DNA from: Lingula anatina
Taxonomy: Eukaryota > Animalia > Brachiopoda
Assembly (NCBI GenBank): GCA_051362555.1
Contig: CM120643.1
Location: forward strand, 20,526,848-20,590,847
Reading direction: 5' to 3'
DNA: 64,000 nucleotides
In this document: positions 37,829 to 51,500 of the stretch, piece after piece
Position numbering within the stretch: the stretch's first letter is position 1
Layout of the letters: every line of letters starts with the position of its first letter
Made by a program: the position numbers and the translations under genes
Notes under the pieces: model-generated
What the model was told of the DNA's origin: nothing
Database searches by the model: none
What the model saw: the letters and a program-made list of their open reading frames with translations, nothing else

Positions 37829-38875
37829 CAGTGATCATTTTACCTTTAAATATTATGAGTCCAACAGGATACACATGATATTGAACAATGGGTCCCTGCC
37901 GATTGTGATGGGTCCCTGTCATTTTGAACAATCAAGGTTACCACAAAACTAACAATTTTTTACTTTTATTTTTTCAAGTTTCCTTATTCTTTATTTAGTG
38001 CAAGAACGGCTTTACTTTTGGATTTTGTAACTTTTTTCTCACGAGATTGAAAGTTCTGTTGCAGCACTGGCGTTTCTATTGCTAATTTGTGATCTGACAA
38101 GGCTGCGTGTCTCACAAGGGTAGAGTTTTGATAATTTCTGTTCTGAGCATTTTTCACCATCCCATTACGTTTATTTGCTGATGTACATGCATCACAATAC
38201 ATGAAATCAGTCCCATCCTCATTTTTTTGATATCTTAACCAAGCATAGAGCTTTGACCAGTGTTGTTTGAAGGAACGGATTTTCCTTTTTGACTCCGTTT
38301 TTGCCTCCATCAAACATTCATCCGCGTCACTCTCACTCTCAGCCTCAACGGCAGTCACAGCGATTACTGTCTCAGAAGTTTTCTCTAACTCGGCTTAACT
38401 CTGTCTCACCTTAAATATATTCAATATTGTCTGTTGGCTACTGTCTATTAATAATTGCTTTTTCGGAGGCATGGTCGGATGGTCGCTGAGCAGACGAACA
38501 CACTGCGCAAAATCTATTTTAGTCGAAAATAGGTCAAGTGTAGAGTGGAGTGTGCAAAGCAGACGAACAGTTTTGCCATTACTAACAATTGATATTATTG
38601 GCTATTTGATGCGTAAACAGCCAATCAGCTGGCATTTAACACTTACAGTCTAACCGGAAGCTATTGTAACATTCAATACAACAACAGGAAAACGAACATG
38701 ATTAACCTACTTTAATGACTAGTATTTTATGCGGATCAGCAATGCATATGGACAGGTTATTTACGAATCTCACACAATTTAAAATCTTTGCATCCATGGG
38801 GACGCATATGCTATAAAACTCTACAGTAAAAATTGTGCGTCAGGGACGCGGGACGCAGAGGTAAAATGATCACTG
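37829..38875 (-). mobile_element. hAT-like deletion derivative with 6-bp TSD (TCTCAG) encoding a TTF-type zinc finger fragment
   Basis: TIR CAGTGATCATTTTACC; ORF 37984-38358 reads RSFKQHW...WLRY...MYCDAC...RHAALSDH; empty site at ~25130. Confidence 0.8.
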
Positions 38876-39989
38876 TCTCAGTGCTATTAATAGTTCACCA
38901 CATGCAAACTGTCATGCTTAGATCCATCTGAATATATAAATTAATTGAACAAATATGTAAATCACATGTATTCAAATTTATACTATCAGCACTAATAAAC
39001 GGTTCACTACAATGCCTGACAAATTTCGTCTCAGTCTAATAAAAAAGTTCTGTATCAGACCTTATGTCTGGAGAGTTTTCAAGCCAACTCGGATTGTGTA
39101 AATCTAAGGAACACATACAAAATATTGTTTCTTTTCTTGACGATATATTTTACTTCAGCCAAAGAGAGAGGCAGGTTAAAAAAATCCCGGGGAATTCCCA
39201 ACTAATTATGCATATAATTTATTGGCCTCGGTTTCACTCACAAATACTATTTTGTGACTGGCCAAGGTTAGGGGATTTCTGGATGGCATAAGTGATAGTC
39301 TCGTTTTTGTTTTCGTTTTGTTTTGTTGATGATTGAAAACAATAAAAAAGCACCTGAAAACATAGATAATTTGTTGTGTTTTGATAATCTTATTTTGGTC
39401 TGACAGATTTTGTCACTCAGTCTGACAGAATTTTCAAGCTTGTCAGACCGAATGTCTGACAGATTTCATTTGGCCTTTTGTAAAGTCTGCACATGTATAA
39501 CAGTAATTAACACAATCAACACAAACAGGAAACAAACTTTTTAATGACTAACTTGTGAAGGTGGTCGACACACCATCATTATCATCAGAAACAATTAATA
39601 CATGTTTAAACACAAAAACACAACGCGGGCTTACGCAGGTGGCTCTGTCGTGTCTCACGTGACTTACTAGGCAGCTGGCATTGTGTGATGCGTTTAAATC
39701 AGATTAACGAACGTTAATCTCCACCTAATACTTACTTTGGTGTTCTGTAAATATCAGCAAAACTTTGCTTCGACTTCAAAGTATCACAGATTAGACTGAA
39801 TAAAGCAGTGAGACGAACGAAAACGACGGCAGTATTTTAACTGTCGAGTCTTGTGACCAAGCACGCATAAATAAATATCAAACAATATGTATTTGACTTA
39901 CCTGTAAGCTCGTGGACATTTCGAACAGCTTTGGTTTTTTTTAAAACGTAATATTCGTCTACATCCAAACTGCTGACAGTCTTCCCGAA

Positions 39990-40270
39990 ACAAGATGGAA
40001 ATTGAGTCGTCAGTCACGTGACTTAAAAAAACACCCAAGATCACTGATTGTGCGATATATAAATAGATCTAGGGTTTTTTTTAACTATAGAGTATTAAAA
40101 ATATATTATATGAGTGTATTAAAATCTATTTTTAGTTTAATTGTTAAACTTTTAAGATGTATCATGTGAGTACATTTTATAATTGTTTAAATCATCTAAT
40201 GTGGAAGGAAAGTGAAAGTCACATCTCCCTTACCGAAATTTCCGACCCATTTCAGTGACGTCATATTTGC
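39990..40270. promoter_or_regulatory. Putative VPS4 promoter with CLEAR/E-box palindrome and CRE site
   Basis: AGTCACGTGACT at 40012-40023 (~95 bp upstream of the ATG), TGACGTCA at 40256-40263, and a second TCACGTGAC at ~39655. Confidence 0.5.
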
Positions 40271-41475
40271 TTCGTAAATCTAGTCCCGCCGCCTATATTG
40301 GAGGGAAAAACGACCTGGAAAACTGTGGCATTATTGTTGAAGTGTAAATTTATGTATTTGGTTTTGTTCTATCCTATATTTTTTTCTTTTTGTTATTATA
40401 ACTGTTTAATATATTTTTATTCATGTTTCAGTTTTAAGAGTTGGACTATTTTAATATTAAAATATTTCTCAGACATTTTGTGTATAAATTTATACATATA
40501 CAGTTAAATAAAATTATTAATGTTCAGCACTTCTTTTTATATACTTGATCATTGACAAATAAGAACAATGCAAGTATGTGTCAAATTATTCTGAAAAAAG
40601 GAAGATTTTCAAGAATAAGACATTAAATTAAACTGAGAATTCACAAAACTTACATGCAGCTTGGACCTATTTAGGTCCAAGCATGCAGTGACACTGCCAC
40701 AACCTATGTTTAGAATTTTATATAAATGAGTCATAATATTAAAAATTTTTAAAGATAAATTTAATACCAAATTCACACAGCTGTGGCACTGCCACAATCT
40801 ATGTTTATGGGACCTTGGGGCTGTTGGGTCCATATACATATAAATATAGATGAACCACATAAAATCAAATAAACTTCATATCGCAAACGAGTACACCAAA
40901 GGGAAGAGGATATGCACAAGTGGAAGCTTCAGCTGATCAACGGGATCGGCATCTTGTACTTCATTTTGGTGCATTAGGAAGTAACATGATTTTTGTTTGA
41001 GAGAGATTAATATTTTACCATGAATTCAACCATTCATATAATCAACATTGTTTCATTGTTAGCATTTATTATCAGTTCAGTCATTCATAGAAGCAAGGCA
41101 TTTTTCACACTTATGTATTTACGATATCCAACGTAAAATAACAATAATACACTTCATAAATTTATCTTCATTTCTGCATCCATTTGCTTAAACATAAAGG
41201 AAACGTGCACGTCAAATGCAAAACATTATTGACACCACTGTTGCACTATTCAATGACAGAGTATCAGGGGGGCCTTTCCTTTAGGATGATTACACTGATG
41301 TGAAAAATATTTACATATTTTTTTAAAAATACTAAAATGATGCAAAGCAACAAGTACGTACATCGATTGCATGTGCATATGAAGTCAAGTTAAGTGACCA
41401 TAATTTGAGAAACCTGTTCAGTATTTTTCTTTATGTACAGACACAGTTAGTTACATATAGTTGTCACCTGCAGTT

Positions 41476-41710
41476 ACATCCCTATACATCCCCGCACTGA
41501 TACTACCCCGCACCAATATCCCCCGCACCGATACTCCCCCCGCAGTATCGATGCGGGGAAGCAATGATGTGGGGGAGCAATGGAGAGCCTACATCGGCAA
41601 TTTTACTGGGGATCTATCGGTGTGGGGTCGTATCAATGCGCATAATACACATAATACACAAAAATTTACTTAAAGGGATTATTGGTGCGGGGGAGTATCA
41701 ACATGACCCC
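41476..41710. repeat. Degenerate palindromic MITE-like remnant
   Basis: CCCCGCAC/GATACT tandem units on the left with inverted GGTGCGGGGGAGTATC on the right. Confidence 0.5.
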
Positions 41711-42976
41711 CATCAGCTTTACATTTGCTTACACTTGATGCATCTTTTGGCCCAAATGGATATTGCCATTAAAAAAAATCAAATAAATTAAATGGCACTA
41801 TGCAGTTGTTAATTAACACAGCTGCACTGTTCCACTTCATGATTAAATCAGTTTAAAACATAATATACGAATGTCTTCCTCCAAGGTCTGACATTTCTTT
41901 GCTGAAATCATCAAACTTAACTAGGACAGTATGCATCAAAATTAGTTAAGGATTTTGCTTCTTTCTAATCTTCTATAGATTCTGACACCTGAAATGACTA
42001 AATAAGGCTGACCACATCAATTTATTCTTCGCACTTGCAATCTTGTTGTTTTGTTTCAGTTTATCTGACATAGAATTCCTACACAAAAATAATTCCTTAA
42101 TATAAATACTTTTCAACTAGATAAATGAACAATAGTTAAGCTAACTTTTATATGTGCAATCCACATTAACGTAAATAACTAAACCCAGCTTAATTCCCTT
42201 GAAAAAAAAGTAAGAAAAGGACAATATTTCAGTCAAATTCTGGATAACCCTTTCTTCGTCTTTGCACAGTTTCATCTTTTGGTTTTCTTGCATCTGCACA
42301 CAATACAAAATTTCCATGTTATTATCACAGTAAACAACTACCTTATAATTTAAACAATAGTGTGCATACACTTTCATATCAAACTTTTTTTTAAAGAGCC
42401 ACAATTACTATAATTTTCAGCAGTGTGCAGAACATCGTAGTGACTGCATATATTTAAATCATATATCAACAAGGGGCAGTTTCATCCTGATTGCATTTAA
42501 AGTTCAAGCCTCACTGATGTGCTTCTATGTCCCAATGAGGCTGTACTTTTGTTTAGATCCGATAATTAACTTGAAACCTTCTTCAAGGTCTTGCCAATGA
42601 TTCCTGTTTGTATGATAATTAATAAAAGGGCAGGGCACATGTGCAGGAATTCCCTTGCAGATAGACATTATACAATGGAATGCTCTATTTGAATGTTTTA
42701 AGTCCTCTTAACTCTCTTTGGTCTGCAGCATGTGCACATGATGGTTTGCTTTATAACTAGAGAAAAAAAATAAAGAAAACATCAATTTAAACAGAGTCAC
42801 AATGACTAATCTATTATCCCACTACTGACCAGTACACAAGCCCTCCTTGTCTATTGTCATTTTTCAATTTCAATCACATTCTGTTAATTTCAACATATAA
42901 GTTTCACATTTTCTCAATAGAGGGTGCCACTGTGTTTAACACTCACATCACATTATTCTCAACTGACACCTCATGA

Positions 42977-45900
42977 TCAGTAATCGTACAGCCAGCTCAT
43001 AGCTTCTGCTGCCTTACTACGCACTGAAGGGGAGGAGTCCTTTAGTAACAGAATAAGAGCTGAAAACAAATACAGTCATGACTTAAAAAAAAAACTTCAG
43101 TTTTTCATATGGGAAGGGAACTTAATTCTTTATACATGAGTGACCCTAAAGAATTCTTTAATATAATTACAATCACAATTACGTCCATTCAAACACTTTG
43201 GCAGCTTACAGGTTATTTAAGTCAAGAACTTTTTTTAAAGTCTTTAAAAGCACTAACAAAAGATAATATTGAATTTAATTTCAAAAGTGATTACACTATG
43301 CTCCTACCTCCGCACACATGTTCTTTGCTCACAAGAGTATGTTTATCTTTGCTCAAGTTGCCCATAAGGAAACCTTGAAATATAATGAGAAATAAATGGT
43401 ACATCTATGTTTAAAAATACTCTTCAATGAATGTGCTTGTAACAATACTACAGAAATACAAAATCAAACTTCAGTATTTTTTCACAATATCAATTCATCC
43501 TGTACAAAGCAGAGGTGAAAATAACCAAATTCATAAAAAGAAAGCTTTAAATAACCACCAAGAATGGTGCTGCAAGTACATGCTTTAGAAACAAGACTTT
43601 GCCTGAAAAGTATTTCTTGATCCATTACCAACTTGTTAAAGCTTCAATTTCCTAAATAACTGATATTTACCCGCAAACATAGCAGCATTGCACTTTATCT
43701 CTGGCCACTGACTCTTAAAGAAGGACACACAACCCATGACATAAAAGTTCACCTTATCTGGGATGTCTTTGATCTGAAAATGATCATTTTGATATTCAAT
43801 GTATATTATGTGCACTCTCCACAAAAAGGGGTTTGAAATACCCTAATTTGGCTGAAACAATTCAGTAATCACCATTTATCAGATTTAAGTTTTTAAATTT
43901 TTTTATTGCTATTAAAAAACAAGGCAGCAAAGCTGTCAAATGTACAGACAAAAAAAAACAGAAAATAAAGATGCACATAAGTGAAAAATTAAATTTTCAC
44001 AAAAAACTGTTAAATTGGCAGAAAAATTTACCAAACAGACTCCATTGCCTATTGAAGCTGTATGTTAGACCTATGTTTCTTTCCTGTAAGTTTGAGAACA
44101 GTAAGTGACATGATTTCCCTTAAATGGTCATCATAGGAGCAGTGCACAAAATAGGGGTTTCTTCAAATTTTGATGCAACATTACATAATGTTTAACAGCA
44201 TAATGACAATCAAATGTTATTAATAAAATATTAGTAACATGGACATTCAGAAAATATGACAAGCAAAAGTCTTCAGGATCATGGAACTTTAAAGTCACAC
44301 CTTGAAAATGCCAATATGTGAAAAATTAAATTTTCACAAAAAACTGTTTAACTGCCAAAAAAAAAAATAAATAAATAAATAAAAATACCAAACAGACTGC
44401 ATTGCCTACTGAAGCTGTATTTTAGTCCCATGTTTCTTTCCTGTAAGTTTGAGAACAGTAAGTGACTTGATTTTCCTTAAATGGTCATCATGGAAGCAGT
44501 GTCCAAAATAGGGGTTTCTTCAAATTTTGATGCAATATTACATAATGTTTAACAGCTTAATGACCATCAATTTTTAATTATAAAATATTTGTTTCACAGA
44601 TATTCAGAAAATGCGACGAGCAAAGGTCTTCAGGCCCATGGAACTTCAAAGTCACACCTTGAAAATGCCAAAATGTAAACAAGACAGCACTGTTCTGAAA
44701 TGGGTTTATTTCCATTTTTAACACTTTTTTAACATAAAACAAAAAAAAACATTTTACTGCCATTTTTATATGACCAACTAAGAAAATTGATGAGATGGGA
44801 AAAGTATCAATAGAACAGTGTTAAATGTCCAATTTCCTCCATTCTGAGATTCTGAACATAGTGGATGATTGAATCTGACAAACTGCAATGATATGAGTTT
44901 ATTTCCATTTTTGACACTTTATTACACAATACATGATAACAAGTTTACCATGTTTTTTACATAATCAACTAACAATGTTGTAAAGATGCAGGAAATATCA
45001 AACAAACACTTTTAGGCATCTTATTAGTTAAATAATGAGACTGTTAACATGCCTAATAATTGAATCTGAGGAAATGTGAAAAAACAGTATAACTTCTAAA
45101 ATAATGGCCCGATTATGCTGATTTTCGAACTCTACCTGCGTTTTAGTAAGATTGACCACTCCTGTGAGTATAATTACAATTGGCCAATCTATTTTTCTTA
45201 TATTGTGTTATCAGTGTTGCATTTATATTGAAAATAGTGAAAAAACAGCATAAATTCCCTAAAAATGGCCCAATCATGCTGATTTTCGAACTTGACCTGC
45301 GTATTATGAATATTCATCAGTTCTGTAAGTTTCAAGTCAAAAGGTAAAATGGTTTTCCACTTATTGTGTTATCGGTGCTGCATATATGCTGAAAAAAGTG
45401 AAAAAACAGCATAAATTCCCTAAAAGTGACCCGATCATGCTGATTTTCAAACTTGACCTGCGTATTATGAATATTCATCAGTTCTGCAAGTTTCAAGTCA
45501 AAAGGTAAAATGGTTTTCCACTTATCGTGTTATCGGTAAAAGTGCACGGCGACGACGGCGACGACAGCGACGACGGCGACGACAGACGCAGATGATGGCT
45601 ATATGTACAGACACATCTGTGTCTGTACATAATTAAGTCTTTCTCTTAACAGTTTTGCCAATGCTTCACAGTTGAAACTGTCATGAAAAGGGCATAAGTT
45701 TTCATGTTTTGACTAGTAATTGGATACCAGTTATTTTCATGTAAATGAAAATGGTTAGTTTTCTTTTAAATTCAGTGACAAATCATTAATTATTAAATCT
45801 TCATCAAGTTTTAGCAGTTTTAAGATATGTATAGATATAACATTTATTTATTATTATCATTTTTGTCTAAAAGGCACAATTTCTCCAGGAAATAAAACTC

Positions 45901-48449
45901 TGTAATATTTTGTAAATTACATTGTAGTGAATGTTAATTTTTCAAACCTAATTGTCTTCATATACTCACGATAATCTTGGACAGGTCATTCATGAATTCG
46001 CCATAGTGCAAGCGAGCATCTTCGAGAAGATGTTTCTGGAACATGCCATTGATAGCAGTGGACCCCATCAGAGGGCCTAGCAGTCGCAGAGCAAACTTGC
46101 AGGACTGAAATCACAATGACCTCTTAGAGTTAACATCACATGTCTACATTTAAATTTCAATTATTTTCTTAGTATGTAAATCTACAGGAAGAGAGGGCAA
46201 TACATAAGTACACGCATTAACTAAAGTGGGTTACACTTTTACAGTAGGCAAAATATAATTGTTCTCTTGACTTACAAACATATTAAAGCATAGTATAATA
46301 ACTATAACTATAATATATAGGTACAAGTACAAGTAGATGTATATAAACTTCTTATACGATCACATGGTGTAGGCATAGTATCATCTGAGTTAAACATTTA
46401 ACCAAAATATAATCATTTAAGAATGAAGTTTCTTCACACAATCTGTATCCACAAAAGATTATGTGCTCTAGGATTATCATATGAAATGTATATGATGTGT
46501 AAATTACTATCAAAAGCTTGCAAAGGTTATTATTTTTTTTCCTATTAACAAATCCACACAGGATTTGGACTGATAACAAATGTTAACCTCCAAACTTTGA
46601 TTCCTTGACTAGTTTATAAATGATGTACCTTCTGCACTTGTTCCTCTGGGTCGTTCAAATGGAGGAGAAGACTGACAAAGTTGGTGTGAATCTGCTCGAG
46701 GAAAGGTGCTCTAGAAGGACCATCTCCAAATTTGGAAAGATTACCAAATAAGGTAAATGCAGCTGCTCTCACAGCCTCTTTGTCCTTCAAAAAAAGTAAA
46801 TATTAACATAAACATATATTACTTGAGACGTTGCAATATTTATTGGACACGTTCATAAGTCAGAAGCTATTCGAACAATTAATGAAAAACTTTTCAAAAC
46901 ATGCCCTTATTTTCAGTGAAATTTAGATATGTAACGCTCATCTGAGCAGCTGAAAAATATGATTTACTGATAAAACAAACCTTTTCAAAGCAAGGTCGAA
47001 TCTTCAGTGAGATATTGATCAGTATGGCTCGTATATGACTCTCATTGATCTGCTCCAGCAGTTTTGACAGCCCCTCCATTGCCTCCAGTGTGATGTCATC
47101 ATCTATATCATCCTTGTCATCCATTCCTGCCATCATGGCTGACAACACCGTGGTTGAAAACTTTTGAACCTTGATAACAGAAAAATATATTAAGATATCT
47201 GAAGAAAATACTGGAGGGAAAAATAAACAAATCCACAGAAATTTTTGTTAACAATGACAATCATAAATGCTGGATAGTGCTATCCTTTGGATAATGTTGT
47301 CCACTGAAGAAAATCTATATCCTTTGAACGGTTAATTTAAAGAGGGTAAAGTTATGCTCCCCAAATACTAGATCATTTTTTGGCCTCTGATATTGGTCTT
47401 TAGTGGTAAGAAATCATCCATAGGACAGTGTTATCCAGCATTTATGACACCAGGTCCTGGTCCATCCACTTAAATTTACAAAATTATCTTGATAGAAAAA
47501 TTCACACCAGTTTACATTTTAAACTTTTTAATTCTCAAAAAGTATTGAGCATAATCAGTCTGTGACATCAACTTTAGCCCCACATCAAATGCAAGTAACA
47601 ATAAATTCAGGCCAGTACAATTTAATAAAACTGCTCAGTTTCTGGCCACCGTTTCTGCTTTGGATCGAAGATTCTTAGATCCAGGTGTCTCAAATGACCA
47701 GTAACCTAAAATGATTTTGGCACAGACTGTAATCATCAAACAAGTATCTCATTTTTGTACCTGCTCAGAGCCGACACTGGACACATTTCCCAGACCTCTT
47801 ATACAGACCATCCTGACTTTGTGGTTCGAGTCCACAAGTCTTCCCAGTAAGCTGTTCATCAGAAGTTCCACTAAGGTGAGATCACCCGCACAACGTTGCT
47901 GTATTAGCTGGAAAGTGCAATCATCAGAACTGATGAGTTCAGACACTTCATAAAACAATTCTTACAGTCACCCATTTTAATTTCATCATCTAAAATTGCA
48001 TTATCAATCTGTTAGTGTCTGTGCATACACTTTTTTCAGCATTTTACACATGGCTTGAATAACTTTTGTACAAAAAGAGAGTGCTTTATGTCTCAGCAGA
48101 GAAAGCTACAGCCCTATTCTCTATAAATGTGTGTATGCGAGTGGGTTAGTTTGAGTGTGTGAGAGAGAGAGAGGGCATTCTACACATCAGCATAGAAAGC
48201 TACAGCCCCTATCCTCTATGAATGTGTGTGTATGAGAGTGTGTTAGTTTGAGTGAGAGAAAGAGAGAAGGCATTCTATACCTCAGCACAAAAAGCTACAG
48301 CCCCTATCCTCTGTGGGTCATAGAGACTGGTGAACACTGGAGTCAGACAGGAGACTAGCTTGGCCACACACTCCCCCTGGTGTGTACACACAGATCTGGA
48401 AAGGAAATAAATGGGTTTTACAAAGTCAGCTGTTAAAAATAAATTCAAC

Positions 48450-48500
<51 letters not shown>

Positions 48501-51500
48501 TTCAGCAGGCCTCTTGGCAAGTTCACTAAGAACTACAATATTTTTATAACACACAATATCATATACATGTAGGAGGTACATGAAAAACCCCTTCTGACTG
48601 AAGATGTCCATCACAAAAGAAGGTAATAGCCTGCACTTGAATGAAATATACCTTTTCCATCTTTCTCAACATTTTGCCTCTATAATTGAACTTCAGAATG
48701 ATAAAAAATTACTTTGTTTTCTCTGCAATGCTGACTGAGATGAATTTAATAACTTAATCTTTGCAAATCTATTTGCATAAACAGTAACATCCTATAACAT
48801 TAACAGTAGTATCCTATAAATTATTTTTACAGAATCAACACCTCATATCCATCTTTTACCTGGCTAGTGTAGTCACAGCTTCAGTGAATGTCTCCTTGTT
48901 TTGAAGATTTTCCCAGGTGTTCTCAGCATCCAGATCTTCCATGACACCCTCACTTTTAGATCTCTCCAACAGGCCTTTGAAAGCTTCAACACACATACTG
49001 CATGGGAAAAAGTAAAGATATTGATGATTTTAATATTCTAATATCAGTACAGTTCATACATTGTCAAGCAAGTTGGCTTCACATGCTTCAGTCCACTACA
49101 AGCATGTTGTTATATTTTATGGAATGGAGACTGGTTTAGCATACATGTAATTGATTAAGTGTGACATTTGACAGTTGAAAAAATTTGGACAACAGATCAT
49201 GATAAATTTCAACTTTGAAATTTTCAGTAATCTGAATTCAATATGATGTTGCCTTTGTTGCAATGAACAAAATACTGCTGTGCTTGCATCAAATCACCAT
49301 CTACTTTCTGATGTAATCAAAATCAACTTACTTGCTGGGCACCAATTTGACTTCTTTGGGCTGAGCACCCTTTTTACCTCTTGGACTCTTTGTTTCCTCT
49401 TTTGTATCATCCTGGATATAAATCAAAAGTGAATGATATCATTGAACAATACATTGAAAAAGTTTATGCCCCTTCCAAATATTAAAAAATTGTAATTATC
49501 TGCTAGCCATAACATCATTAACTGTGAGTTATATCCAAGAACAAGATTCTTTCTTTATTTGGATCAACAAATTTACTCTATCTGTCATGAATGACAATAT
49601 TCATTTAAATTTTCAACAAAATTTTCAATATTTCAATCTAGACTAGCACTTTCTATCAAAGGAAGAAGAATGTGACAAACCATGCAAAGCAATATATTTT
49701 CTTACCTTTTTCTCTTTAGGGGGCTGTACATCAAGCATAGAGCATATTTCAATTAACAAAGACACAAACAATCTGTTGTAGTTTTGCAGCACTTGAGCCT
49801 CTGTTTCTTCCACTTGAAATATCACATGCAATGCTGATGTGGCCTGGAAAGATATAATAATACTTGTGTCATCTTGTAAAACCCCCAGTGTCATTTCTTT
49901 TACTTGAAATAGCAGTGAACTTCCAACTGCATGCAGGCTAGAATGTCATTGTAATTGCTTTGAAAATTTAGCATTCGTTAACTCAAGGCATCAAAAGCTA
50001 AAATGATAATTATTTGCATTTCATTATCACTAATAGTATTTTTTGCTATTTAAGTAGTACTTTTCAAAGAAACTGATCTTCTAATAGGCAAAACTTAAAC
50101 ATAAACATGAAATGGGGTTCAGCTAACTTAGTAAACCCCACTATGAAACTTACCGCCAGAGGGAGCTGGCAGGCAGTCCTTATTGGATCCTCTTTGTCAT
50201 TGTTTGACGCTTTCTCCTCATAGGGCAAGCTCCTTGACAGAAGTTCTAGAATGTGGCTAAATATACTGTTTGTGAGCTGGGCATCTTGTGCCAGGGTTTT
50301 CCAACAGTCTACGATGTGTCTGAAAGGAAAAAAAGCCAGTATATTTCTATATTCTTATACACATGAGAACAACTTGGTTTTACAATTATTTACTCTAAGA
50401 CATACAGTTAAATGAACAATCATCAAACTTGGTATTTTCTAACCAATATGTTGGTAAGTGAACTTTTTTATATGTAACAGAGTCAAATTGATTTTTTTAC
50501 ATTACCACTGACTGATTTTCAAATTAACCTTTTTTTCCATTCCTCAAATCTAATTTATTTACTCTCATTGATTGATCACTGAATTTCATATGAAATATTC
50601 AGTTAACAAACCTCATCAGAAGCAAAGACTTAGAATTTATTCTCTTAATAACTCATCCTGATATTTCAGATACTCTTTTTCACTCTTCACATCAAATCAT
50701 TTGTTTGTTTATTTCAGCCCACTTACTCGTCATATGGAAGACGAAAGTTGAGCAGCGCAGTGACTACAGAAATCAGGTGATGTGTTGCCAGCGTTCGTAT
50801 GGCTCGTAAGGTCCCTGTCCGTGTTTGTGGATACGTGATCAAGGCCAGCTTGTCATGTAACTCTCTTATCAGGCGTGACACCTAAATTAACAGCCATATA
50901 AATATTCAATACACATGTAAAAACAAAAGGTATACTAAACATCATTCTTTTAAACTGTACACTCACAGAAAAGAAAGTGGACATGGCAAAAAATCTGAAA
51001 ATGCAAGTGCCAAAGGCACAAAGGATTATATGAGGGTTCCAGGGGGTATAAAATTAATACAAACTGTTACACCTTACTATCCAAATTTCCAGATAAATCC
51101 AGAAGACTTTCGCCTCATACTTTGATATACACTGTACATCCTGTGCCTCTCTTTACTTTGGCGTAAGTTTGTGCCAGCTACTTATTATATTATCACATAA
51201 TGGCCAAACTCCACCCACCTGCTCATGGAGCTCCCCTCCCCTTGACTTGAACAAACTGTTAAGGGCCACACATGCTCCTGATGAACTGTGGGACTGAGAG
51301 TCCAGCAGTCCTTGCATTAAGAGGTCCACCAGGCCCTGTAACTGACCACTTGGGACCTTCTTAGCCAGCACCTAGGTATGAAAGTGTCAGTGGTTACTTT
51401 TGTTAGTCATTCAATGTTATTGTAAATGACCCAAAATATTTTATTCAACATAATACTTATAAATCTTTTTTTCCTATTCAACTCCTTCAGAGTTGTCTAA

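Larger units (their letters stand above)
13299..39919 (-). pseudogene. VPS4: VPS4-like gene, diverged and 3'-truncated; exons 39902-39919, 18407-18518, 18030-18171, 13299-13476
   Basis: Spliced translation MSTSLQ|[37 protein letters not shown]|YEADSDEAWEIIRAKCILYLERADKL...|...[23 protein letters not shown] matches the VPS4 MIT domain and linker, with GT-AG junctions. Exon 4 lacks AVILP, and no AAA Walker exons are seen downstream. Confidence 0.85.

Noticed and set aside
39010-39490. TCTGACAGA-rich segment as a defined hAT MITE
   Set aside because: The termini are too degenerate and no clear TSD is present.
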